A stretch of 64,000 bases of DNA from an uncultured delta proteobacterium. GTDB taxonomy: Bacteria; Myxococcota_A; Polyangia; Fen-1088. The stretch covers positions 1,248,001-1,312,000 of the forward strand of contig CAVYGB010000008.1 of assembly GCA_963767925.1 (NCBI GenBank). Direction: 5' to 3'. Below the pieces are notes generated by a model, which did not search any database, had not been told where the DNA came from, and saw nothing but the letters and a program-made list of their open reading frames with translations. The position numbers and the translations under genes are program-made. Below, in pieces: positions 43,291-56,016 of this stretch; position 1 is the stretch's first letter, and every line of letters begins with the position of its first letter.

Positions 43291-44796
43291 GTGCGCCACG
43301 GATCGGCACTCCTCGTCCTCTCTGGCCTCCTGGTCGCGGCGGCCGCGCCGGCCCGAGCCCAGCCCGCGCCTGACGGTCTGTCGCGGGTCCGGGCCGCTGG
43401 TGTCCTCCGCTGGGGCGGCGACGTGCAGGGAGGCGAGCCCTACGTCTTCGAAGATCCCCGACGCCCCGGTGAGCTGGTCGGGTTCGAGGTGGAGATCGCC
43501 CGCGCGCTCGCCGCGGCGATCGGGGTGCGGGCCGAGTTCGTCCAGAACGACTGGTCTCTCCTGGTGCCCACCCTCGAGCGGGGCACCGTCGACATCATCC
43601 TCAACGGCCTCGAGATCACCGACGAGCGCCGGCGGCTGATCCGGTTCTCCCGGACGTATTACACGTTCGCCGAACGCCTCACGGTGCGCGCCGGCGACCC
43701 CCGGATGCGAGACCTGGCGAGCCTGGCCGGTCGCCGGGTGGGCGCCCTCGCCAGCTCGCTGGCCTGGGATCTGCTGGGCTCGGCCGCCGCGATCCGGGTC
43801 CCCTACGAGGGGGTGGAAGAGCCCTACCGCGATCTGGCGACCGGGCGGATCGACGCCGTCCTGATGGACGACATCATCGCCGAGCGCTACGGGAACCGGG
43901 CCGGGCTGACAACCGCCGCCGACGTCGCCACCGGGCAATACGCGGTCGGGCTGCGCAAGGCCGACACCAGCCTGGCGGAGGCGATCGACGCCGCCCTGGG
44001 CGAGATGGAGCGACGGGGCACGCTGGCCGCCATCTTGACCCGCTGGAAGCTCGAGCCGGCGGGGCCTCCACCTCCCGACCGCGCGCCGGGAGCCTCGGCC
44101 CCGGGTGTTCCGGCCAGCGAGGGGACCCTGCCGGCGCGCTCGGGGCGGCTGACCGCGCGGCACCTCGTCCTGTTCCTGCAGGGGGCGGCGATCACACTCC
44201 TCATCTCGTGTGGGGCCATGCTGATCGCCATCTCCCTCGGCCTGGGTCTGGCGCTGGCCCGGCTCTCCCCGCGGGGCGCCGGGCGGCGGATCCTGGCCGG
44301 CGCCGCCACCGGCTACGTCGAGCTGTTCCGGGGGACGCCCGCGCTGCTGCAGCTCTACGTCCTCTATTTCGGCCTGGCGCCTGTCTATCCGCTGCACCCG
44401 CTGGCGGCGGCCATCCTGGGCCTGGGCCTCAACTACGCCGCTTACGAGGCGGAGATCTACCGCGCCGGACTGCAGGCGGTCCCCCGCGGTCAGATCGAGG
44501 CGGCGGAGGCCCTGGGGATGCCGGGGCGCCTCGTGGTGAGGCGGGTGCTGCTGCCGCAGGGGTTTCGCTTCTCCTTGCCGGGAATGGCCAACGACTTCAT
44601 TGCCCTGCTCAAGGACAGCGCCCTCGTGTCGGTGATCACCGTCGTCGAGCTGACAAAACGCATGACCATCGTCGCCGTCGACAGCGGCGGCTGGCTGGCA
44701 CCCGGCCTCCTGTGCGCAGGCCTCTACCTGTTCATGAGCTACCCGCTGTCGCGGCTGGCGCGCCGGCTGGAGCGGGCCCTGGGACCCCGGCCATGA
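43291..44796 (+). CDS. Polar amino-acid ABC transporter, fused substrate-binding/permease
   Basis: Signal peptide; GFEVEIA; YVELFRGTP; AYEAEIYRAG...GQ.EAA.ALG; LLKDSAL. Confidence 0.9.
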   Translation: MRHGSALLVLSGLLVAAAAPARAQPAPDGLSRVRAAGVLRWGGDVQGGEPYVFEDPRRPGELVGFEVEIARALAAAIGVRAEFVQNDWSLLVPTLERGTVDIILNGLEITDERRRLIRFSRTYYTFAERLTVRAGDPRMRDLASLAGRRVGALASSLAWDLLGSAAAIRVPYEGVEEPYRDLATGRIDAVLMDDIIAERYGNRAGLTTAADVATGQYAVGLRKADTSLAEAIDAALGEMERRGTLAAILTRWKLEPAGPPPPDRAPGASAPGVPASEGTLPARSGRLTARHLVLFLQGAAITLLISCGAMLIAISLGLGLALARLSPRGAGRRILAGAATGYVELFRGTPALLQLYVLYFGLAPVYPLHPLAAAILGLGLNYAAYEAEIYRAGLQAVPRGQIEAAEALGMPGRLVVRRVLLPQGFRFSLPGMANDFIALLKDSALVSVITVVELTKRMTIVAVDSGGWLAPGLLCAGLYLFMSYPLSRLARRLERALGPRP

Positions 44797-44866
44797 CGGC
44801 GACCGGAACGACCGAGCGAGCGACCAAAAATGCGGCGAGGAGAGCGACAGGGAAGGAGGCCCGCCC

Positions 44867-45538
44867 GTGTTGCAGGTGACCGGCCTGAGCAAGCTCTACG
44901 GAGATCGGGACCTGTTTCGCGACCTCTCGTTCACCGTGGCCCCGGGTGAGGCGGTGGCGGTGATGGGGGCCTCCGGAAGCGGCAAGACCACCCTGCTGCG
45001 CTGTCTGGACGGCTTCGAGCAGGCCGACGCAGGCACCGTGCGGGTGGGAGACGCCGCGGTCGATCACCGCGACCCGCCCGAGCGGTTCCACGCGGCGGTG
45101 CTCGCCTTGCGCCGACGGGTGGGCTTCGTGTTCCAGGGCTGGCATCTGTTTTCCCACCGGACCGTCCTGGAGAACGTCATGGAGGGTCCCCGGGTGGTCC
45201 GGGGCGTGCCCCTGGCGGAGGCACGGGCCCACGGGCAGGTTTTGCTGGAGCAGGTGGGGATCGCCCACCGCTCCCGGGCCTTTCCCCACCAGCTCTCGGG
45301 CGGAGAACAGCAGCGGGCGGCCATCGCCCGCGCGCTGGCCATGAGCCCCGAGGTCCTGCTCCTGGACGAGCCGACCAGCGCCCTCGACGACGCCCGGATC
45401 GAACGGCTGGTCGAGCTCCTGCGGAACCTCGTGCGAGGTGGGCTGGCCCTCGTCGCCGTCACCCACGACGGCGACTTCGCCCGGCGGCTCGGCGGACGCA
45501 TCGAGCGCCTCGAGGACGGGCGGCTGGTCAGCGCTTGA
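44867..45538 (+). CDS. Amino-acid ABC transporter ATP-binding protein
   Basis: GASGSGKTT, LSGGEQQR, LLDEPTSALD. Confidence 0.9.
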   Translation: MLQVTGLSKLYGDRDLFRDLSFTVAPGEAVAVMGASGSGKTTLLRCLDGFEQADAGTVRVGDAAVDHRDPPERFHAAVLALRRRVGFVFQGWHLFSHRTVLENVMEGPRVVRGVPLAEARAHGQVLLEQVGIAHRSRAFPHQLSGGEQQRAAIARALAMSPEVLLLDEPTSALDDARIERLVELLRNLVRGGLALVAVTHDGDFARRLGGRIERLEDGRLVSA

Positions 45539-47585
45539 AGCGTCCGAGCAACTTCTGGAAGAAGCCCTTCTTCTTTCCGGGAGGGGCCTTCTTGAGGGCC
45601 ACCGCGACCCGCTGGCCCTTGCGGCTCCGGACGGTGAAGCGCTTGCGGGTGGTCTCGTAGCCCTGCTTGACGAAGGTCAGATCGTAAGTGACGCCGGGGT
45701 TGAAGCGCAGGCTCATGGGCGCACGACCGAGGACCCGGTTTCCGAGCTTGATCACCGCTCCGTCGGGCTTGCTCTCGATGCGCACCGAGGCCGGCTCCCT
45801 GGCCGCCACCCGCCGGGCGGGCGCGGGCTGGCTCGCTCCCCGGCGCGGCGGGGCCGAGGGGGAGGTCCTGCCCGGCGAACGCGCGCTCGCCCCCCGGGCA
45901 GGGTTCCCGGCGGGGGCGGCGGTCGGTGGGCTGCCCGCCGCGGGATCGTCCTGGTTCTCCGGCGTCTCCTGACCGATCACCTTGTCCGCGATGTCGGGTT
46001 CCTGGCGCTTGAGCAGGGTCTCCTCGTCCTCCTCCTCGGCCGCCGCTTCCCCCTCCGGCTCTTCGGCCGCAGTGGGGGCCGGGGGCTCGGCGGGCCCGGG
46101 CTCGGGGACAGGCTCGGCGCTGGCCGGCGGAGCTTCGGCGACCGCCTCGGTGGCCGGCGGCGGGGCGGCGACCTCTGCACGTTTGTCCTCCGCGATGAGC
46201 GGGGCGGGGCCTGTCCCGGACGCGGGGGGACCGGTGGCCGGGAGCGGGGCGGGGACGCCGGTCCCGCGGTCGCGGCCCAGCCAGCCATCGACGAGGGGAC
46301 CGAGCTCGTCGGGGCGCAGCCGCAGCGCCGCCAGCGCGCCCGCGGTGAGGGCCGCTCCCGTGATCAGGCCACCGATCAGCCAGCGCCGGCGGCTGGGCAA
46401 GGTGGGAAACGACATCGGGGAAGGAACCCGATAGGGGCTGTCGGACTGCGGAAACACCGGCGGACGGGCCTCCGGCTCGGTCATCCCCGGCGACGTGTTG
46501 GGGAAGATCCGGAAGGCCTCCGCCGCCCGGATCACCGAGGGCGAGGTGGCGCCACGAGGCCCGCCGATGGCCGCCACGGTGGAGACCTCCTCGAACACGA
46601 TGTCCTCGTCGAGATCGATCTCCTCCACCTCGACGTCGGGCGGCGGCGTGGCGGCGCGGCTGGTGGGTGCCACCTGATCCTTCTCGGCCAGCGCGATCAG
46701 CCAGCGCTTGAGCTCGGTCTGCCCGGCCGGCCGGTACACGCTCCGTTGTGCCGCTTCGAGGTCGAGCAACATCTCCTCGGCGGTCTGGTAGCGGGCCTTC
46801 GGATCGCGCTGCATGGCCCGCTCGACGATCTCGGCGATGGCGGACGGCAGATCGGGCTTGGCCTCCCGGGGGCTGGGAAACTGGGCCTGCTGCACCCGCA
46901 AGATGGTCTCGAGGTCGGTCGGGGACTCGAACGGCCGCCGGCCCACAACCAGCAGGTAGAGCATGGTGCCCACCGAGAACAGATCGGAGCGGGAATCGAG
47001 GTCCGAGCCCGAGGCCTGCTCGGGCGACATGAAGGCGAGCTTCCCCTTGATGATCCCCTCGCCGGTGCGCTCGCGCCGGCCCATGGCCGCCTTGGCGATC
47101 CCGAAGTCGGTGAGCTTGACCTCCCCTTGCTCGCTGATCAGGACGTTGTGGGGGCTGACGTCCCGGTGGACGATGCGCAGCGGTTCACCCCCCCGGGTCT
47201 GGCCGTGGGCGTAGCTCAGCGCCCGGCACACCTCGGCCACGATGTAGAGCGCCAGCTCCGGCGCCAGGGCGTGCATGGTGCCGCGGATGCGGCCCAGGAT
47301 GCGGTTGAGATCCCAGCCATCGACGAGCTCGAGCACCAGGAAGTAGCGGCCCTTGCTCTGGCCCAGATCGAGCACCTGGACGATGTTGCTGTGGTTGAGG
47401 CTCATCGCCACCAGGGCCTCGTCCACCAGGAGGTTCCGGAACTTCGGATCCGCGAGCAGCGCCGCCAGGATCTGCTTTAGCACCACGCGGCGCTCGAACC
47501 CCTCGGCCCCATGCTGGATGGCGAGGAAGATCTCGGCCATCCCGCCGTCCGCGATCTTGCTGACCTTTCTGTAGCGGGCGGGCAT
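45528..47585 (-). CDS. Membrane Ser/Thr protein kinase with C-terminal PEGA-like domain
   Basis: GGMAEIFLA, VLK, HRDVSPHN, DFGIAK, MSPEQ; TM helix; S.PDGA......LGRAP....K.GY. Confidence 0.92.
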   Translation of the reverse strand: MPARYRKVSKIADGGMAEIFLAIQHGAEGFERRVVLKQILAALLADPKFRNLLVDEALVAMSLNHSNIVQVLDLGQSKGRYFLVLELVDGWDLNRILGRIRGTMHALAPELALYIVAEVCRALSYAHGQTRGGEPLRIVHRDVSPHNVLISEQGEVKLTDFGIAKAAMGRRERTGEGIIKGKLAFMSPEQASGSDLDSRSDLFSVGTMLYLLVVGRRPFESPTDLETILRVQQAQFPSPREAKPDLPSAIAEIVERAMQRDPKARYQTAEEMLLDLEAAQRSVYRPAGQTELKRWLIALAEKDQVAPTSRAATPPPDVEVEEIDLDEDIVFEEVSTVAAIGGPRGATSPSVIRAAEAFRIFPNTSPGMTEPEARPPVFPQSDSPYRVPSPMSFPTLPSRRRWLIGGLITGAALTAGALAALRLRPDELGPLVDGWLGRDRGTGVPAPLPATGPPASGTGPAPLIAEDKRAEVAAPPPATEAVAEAPPASAEPVPEPGPAEPPAPTAAEEPEGEAAAEEEDEETLLKRQEPDIADKVIGQETPENQDDPAAGSPPTAAPAGNPARGASARSPGRTSPSAPPRRGASQPAPARRVAAREPASVRIESKPDGAVIKLGNRVLGRAPMSLRFNPGVTYDLTFVKQGYETTRKRFTVRSRKGQRVAVALKKAPPGKKKGFFQKLLGRFKR

Positions 47586-47647
47586 GCCGGAACGAAAACG
47601 ATCATGAAGGCTTGGTCGGCGGGGTCAAGCTATAGTCCCTGTACCTC

Positions 47648-48901
47648 ATGGGCTTACCGTTCCATGCGTGCTCGGTGAATGTCGCACCTGCCGCCCGCGC
47701 CCTCTCGCTGGTCGGGGTGCTCGCCGCGCTGGCTGGCTGTGGAGAGGAGATCCCCAGCTACGGCGAAGATCCCTGGCTGCGCGATCCGCCGGCGCTGGGA
47801 TCGCTGTCGGGAAAGATCGTCACCACCAACTTCGGCGACGACACCCTGTCGGTTGTTGATCCGCAGGCGCCCTCGGCCGCACGGCGCCTGCCGGTCGGCT
47901 TCAATCCGGTGGAGCTCGAAGGGCCCCATCACGTCTCGGTCGATCCCCGGGGGCGTTTCCTGCTGGTCAACCTGAGCTTCGCGGTGGCCGGATCGGGCAG
48001 CGGTCCACACGGCGTGCACGGGCTGGGCGATCAGCCCGGCTACGTGGTCAAGATCGATGCCGCGACGGGGCAGGAGGCGGGGCGGGTGCGGGTCGATGCC
48101 AACCCGGGCGACAACACCTTGTCGCTCGACGGGAAGACCCTCTTCGTCACGCACTACGACGAGATCCGGTGGCGGCGCCAGCAGGCCGACTCGAACCTGG
48201 TGCTGATCGACGTCGAGCAGATGGTGGTGATCAAGAAGCGGCCCCTCTGCCCGGCAGCCCACGGGGTGCGCCTGACCGCCGACGGCGCGACGCTTTACGC
48301 GACCTGTGGTCCGGACGAGATCGCGGCGGTGGCGGTGAACGATCCCGAGCTGCCGGTCCGGCGCTTCAAGGTGCCGGGTGGCATCGGCGGAGCCGCCTGC
48401 CAGCGCTGTCCCTATGCCCTGGCGGTGGCGCCAGATGCGACGGTGTGGGTCTCGAGCCTGGGCCCCAACAGCGGCTCGAACGGACGTGGCAGCGTCGACG
48501 TGTTCGATCCGGAGCTGGACGGCGGAGCCTTCGATCCCATGCGCCGGGTAACCCTGCAGGGGCGCCCGGTGTTCGCCGCCTTCGTGGATGGCGCCGAAGG
48601 CTACCAGGTGCTGATCCCCGAGCAAGCCGGCCCGGGCGACGCGATCCAGGTCTACTCCGCCGGCGGACGCGGCGAGGCGCCGCAGCGGATCTCGACCCTC
48701 CCTCTCGAGCGGAGCCAGTGCCTGAACGCCCACATGTTGCTCGTCGAGCCCGACGGCCAGCGGGCCCAGCTCGTCTGCGAGGGCGACCACCGCGGGGCGG
48801 GGAGCTTCCTCTGGCTGGATCTGATGGGCCAGTCGGTGCGCGGCTCGGTGCCCATCGGAGTGTTTCCGGACGGCCTGGCGCGGGTCCCGGCGCCGCTGTG
48901 A
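47648..48901 (+). CDS. YncE/YVTN-type beta-propeller lipoprotein
   Basis: Lipobox LAGC; TNFGDDTLSVVD, EGPHH, S.DGKTLFV, AHGV.LT.DG, IGVFPDG. Confidence 0.8.
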   Translation: MGLPFHACSVNVAPAARALSLVGVLAALAGCGEEIPSYGEDPWLRDPPALGSLSGKIVTTNFGDDTLSVVDPQAPSAARRLPVGFNPVELEGPHHVSVDPRGRFLLVNLSFAVAGSGSGPHGVHGLGDQPGYVVKIDAATGQEAGRVRVDANPGDNTLSLDGKTLFVTHYDEIRWRRQQADSNLVLIDVEQMVVIKKRPLCPAAHGVRLTADGATLYATCGPDEIAAVAVNDPELPVRRFKVPGGIGGAACQRCPYALAVAPDATVWVSSLGPNSGSNGRGSVDVFDPELDGGAFDPMRRVTLQGRPVFAAFVDGAEGYQVLIPEQAGPGDAIQVYSAGGRGEAPQRISTLPLERSQCLNAHMLLVEPDGQRAQLVCEGDHRGAGSFLWLDLMGQSVRGSVPIGVFPDGLARVPAPL

Positions 48902-49638
48902 CAACCCCTGCGCCCCCTCACCGCTTGCGCCGGACGCTGATCTTCGTCGGGCTCACGCTGGCCGCCGCCGGACTGGGCTGCGGCGACCAGGAGGTCCCCG
49001 CGGCCGAGCTGGGCGAGCGGCTCTTCTCCGACAGCGGGGTCTCGACGAGCCGGCGCAACCGATATAGCTGCGCCACCTGCCACACGGTCGAGCCCCAGGC
49101 CCCGCTGGTGGTGCCCGGGCGCTACGACTCCGGCTACAACCTGGCCAACACCTTCTCCCGTCCGAGCTGGTGGGGTGGGTACGCCGGCAAGGTGCTCGAT
49201 GCGGTGAATGTCTGTGTGACCGAGTTCATGGGCGGCCGCCGGCTGGCGCCGGAGGATGCCGAGGCCCGCCAGCTCGGCGCCTACCTGGCGGGGGCCAGCT
49301 CGCCCGAGCCACAGCCGGCGGCGCCGCTGACCATCGTCCGGGCGGTCACGCCCCTCGACGGCCTGACGGGGAATCCGGCGGTCGGCGCCGTCGTCTACTC
49401 CGCCGGCTGCCAGCGTTGCCACGGGTCGCCCCGCAGCGGGGCCGGGCGCCTCGACGAGACCTTCTCCATCGTGCCCGACGACACGGTCAAGGTGTTCGGG
49501 GACCAGGCCCGCCACGCGGTGGTCGAGAAGCTCCGGCACGGCCGCTTCTTCAACGTCGGCGGCGTCATGCCCCTTTACACCGCCGAGGCCCTCTCGGACG
49601 CCCAGGTCGCCGATCTGCTGGCCTTCCTGGGACTCTAG
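48898..49638 (+). CDS. Di-haem cytochrome c lipoprotein
   Basis: GTGA overlap; lipobox GLGC; CATCH and CQRCH; GGVMP distal Met. Confidence 0.85.
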   Translation: MTTPAPPHRLRRTLIFVGLTLAAAGLGCGDQEVPAAELGERLFSDSGVSTSRRNRYSCATCHTVEPQAPLVVPGRYDSGYNLANTFSRPSWWGGYAGKVLDAVNVCVTEFMGGRRLAPEDAEARQLGAYLAGASSPEPQPAAPLTIVRAVTPLDGLTGNPAVGAVVYSAGCQRCHGSPRSGAGRLDETFSIVPDDTVKVFGDQARHAVVEKLRHGRFFNVGGVMPLYTAEALSDAQVADLLAFLGL

Positions 49639-49733
49639 CCCAGCCGGGGGCTCCGAGGACTCTGGCGGCGCGCGCCAGAGTGGCGGTTGCTTCTGCGGCG
49701 CCGCATGGCCATGATTGGCCCAGGAGGTCCGTC

Positions 49734-50348
49734 ATGATGAGCCGCACCATCGTGCTTCTGCCGGCACGTTCGCTGGTCCTCGCGACGATCCTGGCTCTCG
49801 GCGGCTGTGCCGCGAACCAGGGCCCCCCCACGCGCGAGGTCAAGATCGGCGTCGACGTGGGCCTCCGGCGGGGCGCCTCCTGGACGACGTTCAACGTCCG
49901 GCCCTCCCGGGTGGTGGGCCCCACCGCCACGCTGGAGTTCAAGAAGGGAAAGATCTCCGGGTTCCTGGACAACCAGACGGTGCACCTGGATGTCAAGCCG
50001 GAGGAGCTGACCGGCGTGGCCGGCGGTCGGGTGGCGCTCGACATCGATCAGCAGCCAGGCAGCATGGCCATCTCGGGGATGTGGAACGACGCCCGGGTGC
50101 ACTTCGAGATCACGCCCGACTCGTTGCGCGGCACGATCACCGGCGGATCGCTGGGGCACTGCCAGTACGTCCTCGACCAGACCGACGGGGACGGGGCGCG
50201 CTCCGGGACCTCGATCTGCAGCTTCATGCCCGAGGAGACCCGCCTGGAGTTTCCCGGGACGGTCGAGAAGTGGCTGGGGCGCGGCGAGACCGTGGCCGTC
50301 CTGCTGGCGCTCCTCTCCTCCGCACCCGCCACCACCGCCGACTACTAG
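49734..50348 (+). CDS. Hypothetical lipoprotein (paralog of 21345-22148)
   Basis: AGGAGG RBS; lipobox LGGC. Confidence 0.72.
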   Translation: MMSRTIVLLPARSLVLATILALGGCAANQGPPTREVKIGVDVGLRRGASWTTFNVRPSRVVGPTATLEFKKGKISGFLDNQTVHLDVKPEELTGVAGGRVALDIDQQPGSMAISGMWNDARVHFEITPDSLRGTITGGSLGHCQYVLDQTDGDGARSGTSICSFMPEETRLEFPGTVEKWLGRGETVAVLLALLSSAPATTADY

Positions 50349-50445
50349 AAGACGGCCGACCGCGTGCGGAGCCGCCGAGCTTGCTCGGCGCGGAGCTTCG
50401 CGGGGGGGGCCGGGACCCTCTCAGGGTCCCGGGAAGAATCTCCGG

Positions 50446-51021
50446 TCAGTGGATGCGGGCGGTGTGGGGCTGGGCAGCCAGGATCTCGGCCTCCTCGACC
50501 GCGAGGGCTTCCAGGCGCTGGTCGGCCTCCCCCTCGGGCAGGCCCCGGGCGGCGAGGGTGCGGAAGATCTCCGCGTGCCGGTCCTCGGCGTTGGCCAGCG
50601 TGCGGTAAAATCCGGCCAGCTCCGCCTCGCCGCGCCAGCCGAAGCCCTCGGCCAGGAGCGCCAGCCGCTCGTGTGAGCGGGCCTCGATCAGGGCGGCCAC
50701 CAGCAGGGCGTCCATCTTGCGGTGGGGCTCCTGCGACCGCACCCGGTCGAACAGGGCCCGCGCGTACTGGTTGGGCCGGTCGGCGCGCGGCCGGTGGCCC
50801 AGCCGGGCCAGCAGCTCGCCCACCTGGACCACGTGGCTGGTCTCCTCGTGCGCCAGGCGGCCCATGAGGATAACGACCTCCCCGTCGTGCGGATACCGCC
50901 GAACCAGGGAGAGGGCGTTTTCGGCCGCCTTCCGCTCGCAGTGCAGGTGATCGGAGAGGAGGCCGCCGAGGTCGGCGGTGGCCACCGCGAACCAGCCCGC
51001 GGGCGTCGTGCTCTTGAGCAT
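50446..51021 (-). CDS. miaE: tRNA ms2io6A hydroxylase MiaE
   Basis: L.DHLHCERKAA, LAHEE..H, ALIEARSHER, FY..L..AEDRH, RIH. Confidence 0.9.
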   Translation of the reverse strand: MLKSTTPAGWFAVATADLGGLLSDHLHCERKAAENALSLVRRYPHDGEVVILMGRLAHEETSHVVQVGELLARLGHRPRADRPNQYARALFDRVRSQEPHRKMDALLVAALIEARSHERLALLAEGFGWRGEAELAGFYRTLANAEDRHAEIFRTLAARGLPEGEADQRLEALAVEEAEILAAQPHTARIH

Positions 51022-51026
51022 CGGCC

Positions 51027-53759
<2,733 letters not shown>

Positions 53760-53800
53760 GGCCGGGTTGTACCACAGGCGCACGCACCGGTCGGCTGTGC

Positions 53801-54472
53801 TCAGGGCCAGCGTGGGCGACGGACCTTGATCGGTCCGATCGTGTCGGCCACGGCCGCGCCCTCGAGGCGGAACTTCCAGAGCTTGGACAGGGCGGAGACG
53901 GCGCCCGCCGCCCCGAAGAGCGCGGCGGCGGTCCCCAGCGCCCACGGCAACAGGGCGGGCCGGATCGAGATACCGGTCGGCAACCTCACGGTCGCATCGC
54001 AGAGCTCGGCGGAGGCCTGGGTGGCCCGGAAGGGGCCCGCCCCCCCGCTGGCCGGGTCGAACAGCACCCCGCTGGCCTCGACGGTCTCCCCCTGCCGGAT
54101 CAGCACCTCCTCCACCCGCACCCGGCCCTGGAGGCCGAAGTGCGCCGCCACCGCGAGCGCGCCTGCTGAGCCCTCCCGGTGCAGGACCGGCTGCGCTTCG
54201 ATGCGCAGGCGTTCGGCGTCGACCCGTACCGGCTGGGGGGCCACCGTGGGATCGGCCGACCAGCGCAGCTCGAAGGGCTCGGGGGCCAGCGCCTCGTGGA
54301 CCAGCTCCATGGTGGGCGCGATCCGCTCGAAGATGCGCAGCCGCCAGTGCACGCAGGGTGCTCCCGACGCTGGCGAGGCGAGCAGGTCGCCCGACGCCCC
54401 GACCTGCCCGCGCAGGGTGGTGATGACCGGCGCGATGGGATCCCGTGTTTGCAGCGACTGCGGTGGCTTCAT
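53801..54472 (-). CDS. Hypothetical membrane protein (weakly GIDE-like)
   Basis: L.SP.SG.PCV.W, PF.L, EEVLI..G..V...G, C-terminal TM. Confidence 0.5.
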   Translation of the reverse strand: MKPPQSLQTRDPIAPVITTLRGQVGASGDLLASPASGAPCVHWRLRIFERIAPTMELVHEALAPEPFELRWSADPTVAPQPVRVDAERLRIEAQPVLHREGSAGALAVAAHFGLQGRVRVEEVLIRQGETVEASGVLFDPASGGAGPFRATQASAELCDATVRLPTGISIRPALLPWALGTAAALFGAAGAVSALSKLWKFRLEGAAVADTIGPIKVRRPRWP

Positions 54473-54497
54473 GGCACGACGCCTCCCAACGTCATGG

Positions 54498-55988
54498 CTA
54501 AGATGATCCTTCCCGGTCGTCTCCGTCCCGCTCCCGTACCTCGCCCTCGACCGATCGGGATGGGTCTCCGTGGGCCGAGGCGTATTCTTCGAGCTTGCGA
54601 TAGAGGGTCTTGCGATCGAGGCCGAGCCGCTGCGCCGCCCGTGTCTTGTTGCCCCCCTCGGCCTCGAGCACCCGCTGGATGTACTCCCGCTCGAGCTCGT
54701 CGAGCGTCAACCCCTGGGCCAGGGCCGTGGTCAGCCGATCCTGATTCTTCCGGTCCCGCATCGCGGGGGGCATGTCCTCGGCGCTGACGATCTCGCCCTC
54801 GGCGAGCGCGACCGCCCGCTCGACGACGTTCTCGAGCTCGCGGACGTTGCCCGGCCAGCCGTACCCCAGGAGGATCTTCTTGGCGCTCTCCCGGAAGCCA
54901 TGGATCGACTTGCTCGCCCGGCGGGCCGACCGGGCCAGGAAGTGTTCGGCCAGCGGCAACACGTCCTCGATCCGGTCGCGCAGGGGCGGAAGGTCGATGT
55001 GGATGACGTTGAGCCGGTAAAACAGGTCCTCCCGGAAGCGGCCCTCCTTGAGCCGCTTCTCGAGCTGACGGTTGGTGGCGGTCAGGACCCGCACGTCGAC
55101 CCGCTCGGACTTGGTCGCCCCCAGGGGCCGCACCTCCCGTTCCTGCAGGACGCGCAGCAGCTTGGGCTGCAGGGGGAGGGGCAGCTCGCCGATCTCGTCG
55201 AGGAACAGGGTGCCTCCCGAGGCCTCGACGAACAGGCCCGGCTTGTCGGCCCGGGCGTCGGTGAAGGCGCCCCGTTTGTAGCCGAACAGGTCGCTCTCCA
55301 GCAGGGTCTCAGGGATGGCGGCGCAGTTGATCGCCACGAACGGGCGGGCCGCCCGGGGGCTGTGGGCGTGGATGGCCCGCGCCACCAGCTCCTTGCCCGT
55401 CCCCGACTCGCCGGTGATGAGGACGCTGGCCTGGGAGGCCGCCACCCGCCGGATGAGGGCGAAGATGTCCTGCATGGCCCGGGACTGGCCGATGATGTTC
55501 TCGAAGCGAACGCTGCGGGCGACCTCTTCGCGCAGCCGGGCGACCTCCGACCGGAGGGCCACCTCGCTGAGCGCCTTCTCGATGACCAGCACGAGCTGCT
55601 CGATCTCGAACGGCTTGGTGATGTAGTCGAAAGCTCCCAGCTTGACCGCCCGGATCGCGGTGTCGATGGAGCCGAAGGCGGTGATGGTGATGACGTGGGG
55701 GGCGGGATGGACCTCCCGCACCTCGCGCAGCAGATCGAGCCCGTCGAGGTCCGGCATCTTGACGTCCGAGACCACCAGGTCGACCCCCCCCTGCTTGACC
55801 CGCTCGATGCCCGCCCGGGCGCTGCCCGCGGTCTCGACCCGGAAGCGCTCGTGTTCGAGCTCCTCCCGGAGGTAGTCACGCATGGCGGCGTCGTCGTCGA
55901 CGACCAGGATCACCGCGCGGGCCTGCGCCGCCCCCCGGGCGGGACCGCTGATGGCGTGTGAGGGCGTGGCGGTGGCGCCTATCGTCAT
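54498..55988 (-). CDS. Sigma54-dependent response regulator (NtrC family)
   Basis: Receiver [38 protein letters not shown], Fis-type HTH. Confidence 0.95.
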   Translation of the reverse strand: MTIGATATPSHAISGPARGAAQARAVILVVDDDAAMRDYLREELEHERFRVETAGSARAGIERVKQGGVDLVVSDVKMPDLDGLDLLREVREVHPAPHVITITAFGSIDTAIRAVKLGAFDYITKPFEIEQLVLVIEKALSEVALRSEVARLREEVARSVRFENIIGQSRAMQDIFALIRRVAASQASVLITGESGTGKELVARAIHAHSPRAARPFVAINCAAIPETLLESDLFGYKRGAFTDARADKPGLFVEASGGTLFLDEIGELPLPLQPKLLRVLQEREVRPLGATKSERVDVRVLTATNRQLEKRLKEGRFREDLFYRLNVIHIDLPPLRDRIEDVLPLAEHFLARSARRASKSIHGFRESAKKILLGYGWPGNVRELENVVERAVALAEGEIVSAEDMPPAMRDRKNQDRLTTALAQGLTLDELEREYIQRVLEAEGGNKTRAAQRLGLDRKTLYRKLEEYASAHGDPSRSVEGEVRERDGDDREGSS

Positions 55989-56016
55989 GAACCGATTCGC
56001 ATCGTGGGCTTCCTGG

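Noticed and set aside
41416..44892. 1158-aa minus-strand ORF and the many other long overlapping ORFs (e.g. 11302-13749, 24668-26887, 51510-53504)
   Set aside because: Antisense or off-frame shadows of recognisable genes, expected at this GC content; no motifs
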